In this document: in pieces, positions 57,601 through 64,000 of the stretch
Position numbering within the stretch: position 1 is the first letter of the stretch
How the letters are laid out: each line of letters begins with the position of its first letter
Assembly (NCBI RefSeq): GCF_009914755.1
Contig: NC_060925.1
Source of the DNA: the human T2T-CHM13v2.0 reference genome, Homo sapiens
Strand: one strand, 5' to 3'
Length of the DNA: 64,000 nucleotides
Program-made: the position numbers and the translations under genes
Notes under the pieces: model-generated
Told to the model about the DNA's origin: nothing
What the model saw: only the letters and a program-made list of their open reading frames with translations
Database searches by the model: none

Positions 57601-58059
57601 CATTAGATGAGTTGATGAGGTGGAAGGAGAGTGTTTTATAGCACTGGGTGATTGAATAAGCAAAATGGAAAGAAGATTGAATTTGGATACTTTATGGGCT
57701 GAACAGTATAAATAAGACTGGAATCATCGGGAGTGATGACAGGGTCCAAGTATATCTTCTATTATACATCATTTTTACTGTAACCCTCAGGAAATTCGTG
57801 TCTTTAAATCAAAAAAATAAACTTTTGAATCACGCATTCTATGAAGACTAAAATGTAACCCCAGCACTTGCAGAAATGCTATATAAAGTAGGAAAATGTA
57901 TTCAATGTTGCCCTGTGCTTGATTTAAAGAATCATTGGATTTGGAGTCACATGGCATGAGTCTGAATCCCTTGCCTGTAAGTATGTTAAGTCTTTGGCCA
58001 GCTATACCTTGCAGCAAATTAGATAAAAAAATGCATAGTTATTTTTATAAATCACAAAA

Positions 58060-58295
58060 CGCTGTAATTCTTATGTAGTTAACAATACTATATTTTATAC
58101 TTGAAATGTGCTGAAAGTAGACCTTTAATATTCTAACCACACACATTAAAAAGGGAACTATGTGAGGTGATGGATGTGCTAACTAACTTGATTGGGTAAA
58201 TAAGTTCATAATGCATATGTATATCAAATCATCACATTGTACACCTTAAATTTATACAATTTTATTTATCAAATATACCACAATAAAGCTGTAAG
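58060..58295 (+). mobile_element. L1MA-type 3' end fragment
   Basis: ..aactatgtgaggtgatggatgtg..atatcaaatcatcacattgtacaccttaaa..caataaagctg. Confidence 0.75.
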
Positions 58296-58525
58296 AAACT
58301 AAAGCTGTTAACTTCAATTGAAGTGACTCAGGAAAGCATACAGTAAGCTATAAATCCTCATAACAAGTAAAGTTTTGTTTGATAAAAATAAATAATACAT
58401 AGAAATGTGCATTTATGTGAGCCCACCCATACTCTTCCCTTACCAATGAGGAAAGATGCTACAATTTGCCTGATCCTCCCAGACCAAAAAAACCCAGAGC
58501 CAAATTTATGATTGTCACATATAAT

Positions 58526-58961
<436 letters not shown>

Positions 58962-59392
58962 TTAGAAGTCTCGCATAACAACCTAATCTTCATTCCCTCT
59001 TCCTCCCAAATGTCTATTTTTATGGAATAAGAGATTGAGAGACCTTCAGACAGACAGACAAATAGGTAGATGCTACTATCAACTAGATATTCACTTAATA
59101 ACCCAAATAAACTAACATATAAAAAAGATTGAAATTTCAGTTTCACCAAGAGAAATATGCACTTTAAAAGGAATTCTTAATGCAAAGTAAGCTTTATTTT
59201 ATGAGACAATTGAGCCAAATGTTTTGTCTTGTTGGAGTCCTTACCTACTCTGAATTGTCCTTCTTCAACATCACCAACTTCAACCACCCCAAACAGCCCA
59301 CACAACTCTTCAATATGATATTCACATCAGCAGATTCCAAAAATAAAATCAGTTTGACATTCCAATCATGTACTATCCACACACTATTTTTG

Positions 59393-59578
59393 ACCTGTAC
59401 AGCATACCACTGTACTGAATACTGTGGGCAATTGTGACACAATGGTGAGCATTTGTGTAACTAAACATGTCTATACATAGAAAAAGGTACAGTGAAAAGA
59501 TGGTATTACACTCTACGGAACCACCACTGTGTATGCAGTATATTGTTGACTGAGACGTCGTTACGCAGCACATGACTG
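59393..59578 (+). mobile_element. Tigger3 3' fragment
   Basis: acctgtacagcat..ctgtactgaatactgt..gcagcacatgactg; homologous to 9555-9717. Confidence 0.8.
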
Positions 59579-59942
59579 CATATAAAAAGCCAAATTGCTA
59601 CTAATTTCAGAATATAAAAAATCCCTATAACTCATTAAAAAATCGCCAAACAGAAAATAAGGGCACAGGGATAAATTTTATATACAAATGCAAAAATTAA
59701 ACAAAAAATACAAGAATGTACAACTCTGTGTAATAAATAAAGATTTAAAATTTTAATGAAGAATTAAAGGCAATACCACATATCTCTTAAAAGCACACAT
59801 TCTGGAGACAGAGAATGTGGATTCAAGTACTGTCTCAACCAGTTAGTATGGCACCATTTCTGCATTAAAAAAAAATATATATATATATATATTTTGGATC
59901 TGTTTCCTCATCTGTAAAATTGAAATGATAATATAATCTGTC

Positions 59943-60488
59943 TGTGGTAGCCAGCCTCCAGGATTGCCCCAAATAACTCTTACATGCTGGTATTCATGCC
60001 TGTGCTGTTCCCTCCTACATAGCAGAATGGGGATGAACCATATAACCATTAGGATATTGCAGAATAACAAAGTGTGATATCTAAGGCTATGCCGTAAAAG
60101 GCATTGTGACTTTGCCTTGCTCTCTTTTGGATCATCTGCCCTGGGAAAAGCCAGCTGCCACATCATGAGGATGCTCGAGCAGCCCAGAGGAAAGGTCCAC
60201 ATGTAAGAAACCAAGATCTCCTACCAATAGCCAGCACCAACTTGGGAGCCATGTAAGTAAACCACTTTGAAAACAGATATTCTACGCAAGTCAAGCCTTC
60301 AAATACCTGTAGTTATTTGATAACTGCAACTACACTAAATAACCTACATCTTCATTGTAACATCATAAATATCCAGATTATTACTTCTCCCAAATTCCTG
60401 ACCCACAGAAACTGAGATAATAAATTTACATTGTTGTTTATACCACAAAGTTTTGGGATAGTTATGCAGCAATATGTAACTAATATAC
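59943..60488 (+). mobile_element. MLT1F-like MaLR solo LTR inserted in a MIR
   Basis: tgtggtagccagcctccagga..aagccagctgcca..aattcctgacccacagaaactg..gttatgcagcaata..taactaata. Confidence 0.75.
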
Positions 60489-61719
60489 TAGCTTACGAAA
60501 TTGCAATGAGAACTGAGTTAACCTATAAGTAGTGCCTTAGAACAGTAGCCCTTGCACAGGAAGCACTACATGTGTTGACTACCACTATTATTATAATAAT
60601 TATTGTAGTTCTTATGTTATTTTTCTTTCTACCAAAGGGCAAAAGTTAATATTGCCCATTTCTTCAAAGGTAAGTAATATATTTCTGGAGAGCAAATTGG
60701 CATTGTGTATTAAAAACCATAAAAGTACAAATACCATTTAACCTAGAAATCCTACTAATCATATTCATCTTGGTAATATTTACGAATAGCTACCACTTTT
60801 TAAATTGCTTTATTTCTCATTCCTTATTTGAAGCAGAGTTAGCGTTCTCAAGAAGGATTTAGCTATTGACAGATTTATCAATTTAGTCCTTATGATTGAT
60901 TATACAGCATAGCTTGATGGCTTAAATGAGAATTTGTTATGAATGAAAGTGGCTTTATGAAAATATTAAGTGAGATCGATCATGGGTTATAAAATGTAGC
61001 AATAGACTAATACATATTCATAAATTTATATATATTTCGCTAACAGTAACTGATATTTTACTTCATGTAAACACAGTTTTGTAGTCTATATAAACATAAC
61101 TTATAGTTATAATTAGGTGAATAACAATCTCACTGCTTAGATATAACCATTCACAAATTTTATCATGGTATTAATTATGCTTGATTATTTGGATCTTGTT
61201 AGAAAAATGAGAATATGCAAAAATCTATAAGTAAATTAAAAATAATAATCATCCACAAACCCATCTTCTACCTACTACTATATATTCCTTTATAAAGTGA
61301 ATTATAAAGTTCTTCCTAATCTTATTTTTGCCTTGCCCCCATTTCCTACTATCCTCTATCTTGGTGCAGCCATATTAAGTGTTTTCAGTTCCTGTTAATT
61401 CACCATACCATTTTCTACCTTGGTTTCTTACTGTATGGCAACATTCAGGAATCACTCATATCTGCATTCATTTAAATATAACTAACCCATTCCTGTGTCA
61501 GTGTATAACTTACATGTCCCTTTGCCAAAATTCATCTATCATATCTGTATGTCCACCCTATTTTAAGCTTTCCTTGATGCCTGCATTTTTTTCCCTTAAT
61601 AGCCATCTAAGCACTTTCTTGCTCAAACCATCTTTCCCACTAGAATGTAAGCTTCAAGAGGGCATGAGAGCTTCAGTCACATGATACTAAGAATCCTTTT
61701 AATGTTTGGCATTCTGTGT

Positions 61720-63540
61720 GTGTAATGGTATTGCTTTCCAATCTTCATTTTGCTGATGATTAGTGATATTGACAATCTTTTCATATGCTTAATGGTCATT
61801 GGTATATCCTTGTGTGTGTATAAAATATCCGTTCGATTCTTCTACCTATTTTTATTGGTTTGTTTGGACTCTTAAAATTGAATTGTAGGAGTTCTTTATA
61901 TACGTTTGGATTCAAACTTTAATCAGATATATTCATTGTGAATATTTTCATTCCAGTCTGGGGTTCGCCATTCTTTGAAATTGTCTAGTGAAGAGTGGAA
62001 GGTTTAATTTTGATGAAAGCCAATTTTTCTTTTTTTTTTTTTTCTCTTATGGTTTGTGGTTTTCGTGTGTCTCAGCTAAGAAATATTTGCTACTCAAGTC
62101 TGTGAAAACATTCCTCTATGTTTTATTTTAGATATGTTGTAGTCTCACTTTTTACATTTAAGAGTATAATTTATTTCAAGTTAATATTCACTGTGTGGTG
62201 TGAGGTAAGGCTCAAGATATACATTTTTTCCAGAAGGATATAAAGTTGATCCTGAACTATCTGTTGAAGATTATTGCCTCTCCAAGGTAATTAACTTGGC
62301 ATCGTTGATGAAAATATACAAGTTGATCTACTTCTGGGTTGTATTCTGTTCCATTGATCTATTTGTCTATCATTATGATAATTTCATGCTGTCTTTAATA
62401 CTTTAGTATTACAGTAAAGCTTCACAACAGAGGTACTACGGATATTCTGACATGAATCTTCTTTTTCATAGTTGTTATGACTATTATCTTTACATTTTTA
62501 TATTATTTAAAATAAGATTATTAATATTTCAAAGTGACAGCTATAATTTCAGTTGAAACGTATTGAATCTGTAGGTTAATTTGGATATAATTAACATGTT
62601 AAAATATTGAATCTTTTAACCCTTGAAGTAAGCTACATTCTCAGCTTATTTAGCTCTTTAAGAATTTCTCTCAGCAATGTTTATAGTTTCTTTATATGAG
62701 ACTTGCACATATTTTGTTAAATTCTCCCATATCTATTTCATACTTTTGATGAATTTTAAAGGTTATATTTAATTTAAATTCCTAAATTATCTTTACAAGC
62801 ATAGAAAAATAAAATTGATTTCTGTATAAGGAAGATCATTTTGATATTCCTAAGTCATTCATTAGTTCTACTAGCTTTATTATAGATTCATTACCATTTT
62901 TAAAGAAATGTTCACTTAGCCTATTAATAAAGCTAGTTTTACTATTTCCTTTCTAACATGTACATTAACATTTATTTAATTTGCCTTATTGCACAGGTTA
63001 GGACCTTCAGTACAGTGTGAATAGAAGTAGAGCACACAGCTTTGACGTCTCAATATTAGAGTTTAGTACTCAGCCTATAAGCATCAAGTATAATAAAAAT
63101 ATGATGTTGCTTTTCTTCTATTTCCAGTATGCACAAATTTTTGTTAAAAACATTACTGATTTTTAAAATGCGGTTATTGCATCTGTTGATATGATCATAT
63201 ACTTATTTTCCCCTTTAATGTATTAATATGGTGAACTGCTCTGATTTTAAATGTTATATGACTATTGTAACCTTGGGATAAACCCAACTAGGTAACAGTA
63301 TGTTCTTTCTGTATATTACTGAATTGGATTTGCTACTGATTTGTTGGAAGATTTTTGCATCTGTGTTCATAAAACGTATCAGTTTGCAATTTTCTTTTCT
63401 CATGATGTCTTTGGCTTTGGCCTAATCAAATAATGCCGGCCTTACAAAATCACTATAAATTTTTTTTTCTCCTCTCCTTTATTTTCTGGATATAAGCTTG
63501 TACAGAAGAGGTTTTATTTCTACCTTAATCACAGTTGGAA
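61720..63540 (-). mobile_element. Old L1M ORF2/3' fragment
   Basis: T-rich degenerate reverse-complement L1 phrases (ttctgttccattgatct, tttttgcatctgtgttcat). Boundaries approximate. Confidence 0.7.
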
Positions 63541-63691
63541 TTTCCCATTTATTGATATGTCTAGTCATTTCAATTGGATACTGGCCAATGTGAATGTTAT
63601 CTTATACAATGTTTAAAATGGGGTGCTTCATTTTGGTAGAATTAGTTTGATACCTTGAAGGTCTGCTGGATTTTTAAACTTTCAAGGGCAG

Positions 63692-63897
63692 TGTTAGTAG
63701 ACAAAGTTCTAAGATGTCAAACCTCAAATGAGATTATAGATCAAGTGGATATCTTCACTGCAGACTGGTGAGACCTTGATGAGGGGAGCTACATAACCCA
63801 TTCCTGGAATCATTACCCACAGAAACACAGATAATAGGTTTGTGTCACTGTAAATTGAAAAGTTAGTGGTAAGCTTTTATTACTGAAAACTAATACT
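63692..63897 (+). mobile_element. MLT1E-like LTR fragment
   Basis: tgttagtagacaaagttctaagatg..cccacagaaac..agataata..gaaaactaatac. Confidence 0.45.
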
Positions 63898-64000
63898 GAT
63901 CTATTTAGAGTACCCTTTGCTCTGGGGCTAAGTCAGTCTTACTAGCAAACTATGTATCTCATAAGATTTCAAATGCCCTGCTGATCGCCAAGGTCATTCT

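Overview
Primate (almost certainly human) AT-rich genomic DNA lying entirely inside KCNT2 (Slick/Slo2.1/KNa1.2, Na+-activated K+ channel), which is transcribed from the minus strand. Six consecutive coding exons (47246-47354, 16185-16334, 14447-14676, 7932-8145, 5242-5347, 805-977) have canonical AG/GT boundaries and splice into one open frame from DHVVCEEEF to IVLLLDNP. This covers the end of RCK1, the inter-RCK linker and the start of RCK2; the exon numbers 14-19 are from memory. The rest is intron packed with Alu, L1 (including a 3.4-kb sense L1PA and a twin-primed L1PA2), L2, MIR, MaLR/ERV LTRs and Tigger/hAT DNA transposons. Repeat family names are by-eye recognitions and old-repeat boundaries are approximate. 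The most unusual signals are: (i) three adjacent fold-back palindromes at 52.5-53.0 kb (a pre-miRNA-like 74-nt hairpin, a mini hairpin, and an 88-bp-arm inverted repeat around an AT core), with a similar AT-cored inverted repeat at 4.0-4.2 kb and a template-switch hairpin inside an Alu; (ii) several candidate poison or micro-exons and a (TG)n-type acceptor around exons 14-17; (iii) a CRE+AP-1 composite site and an RFX X-box. There is no evidence for prokaryote-type systems, CRISPR arrays or a second protein-coding gene.
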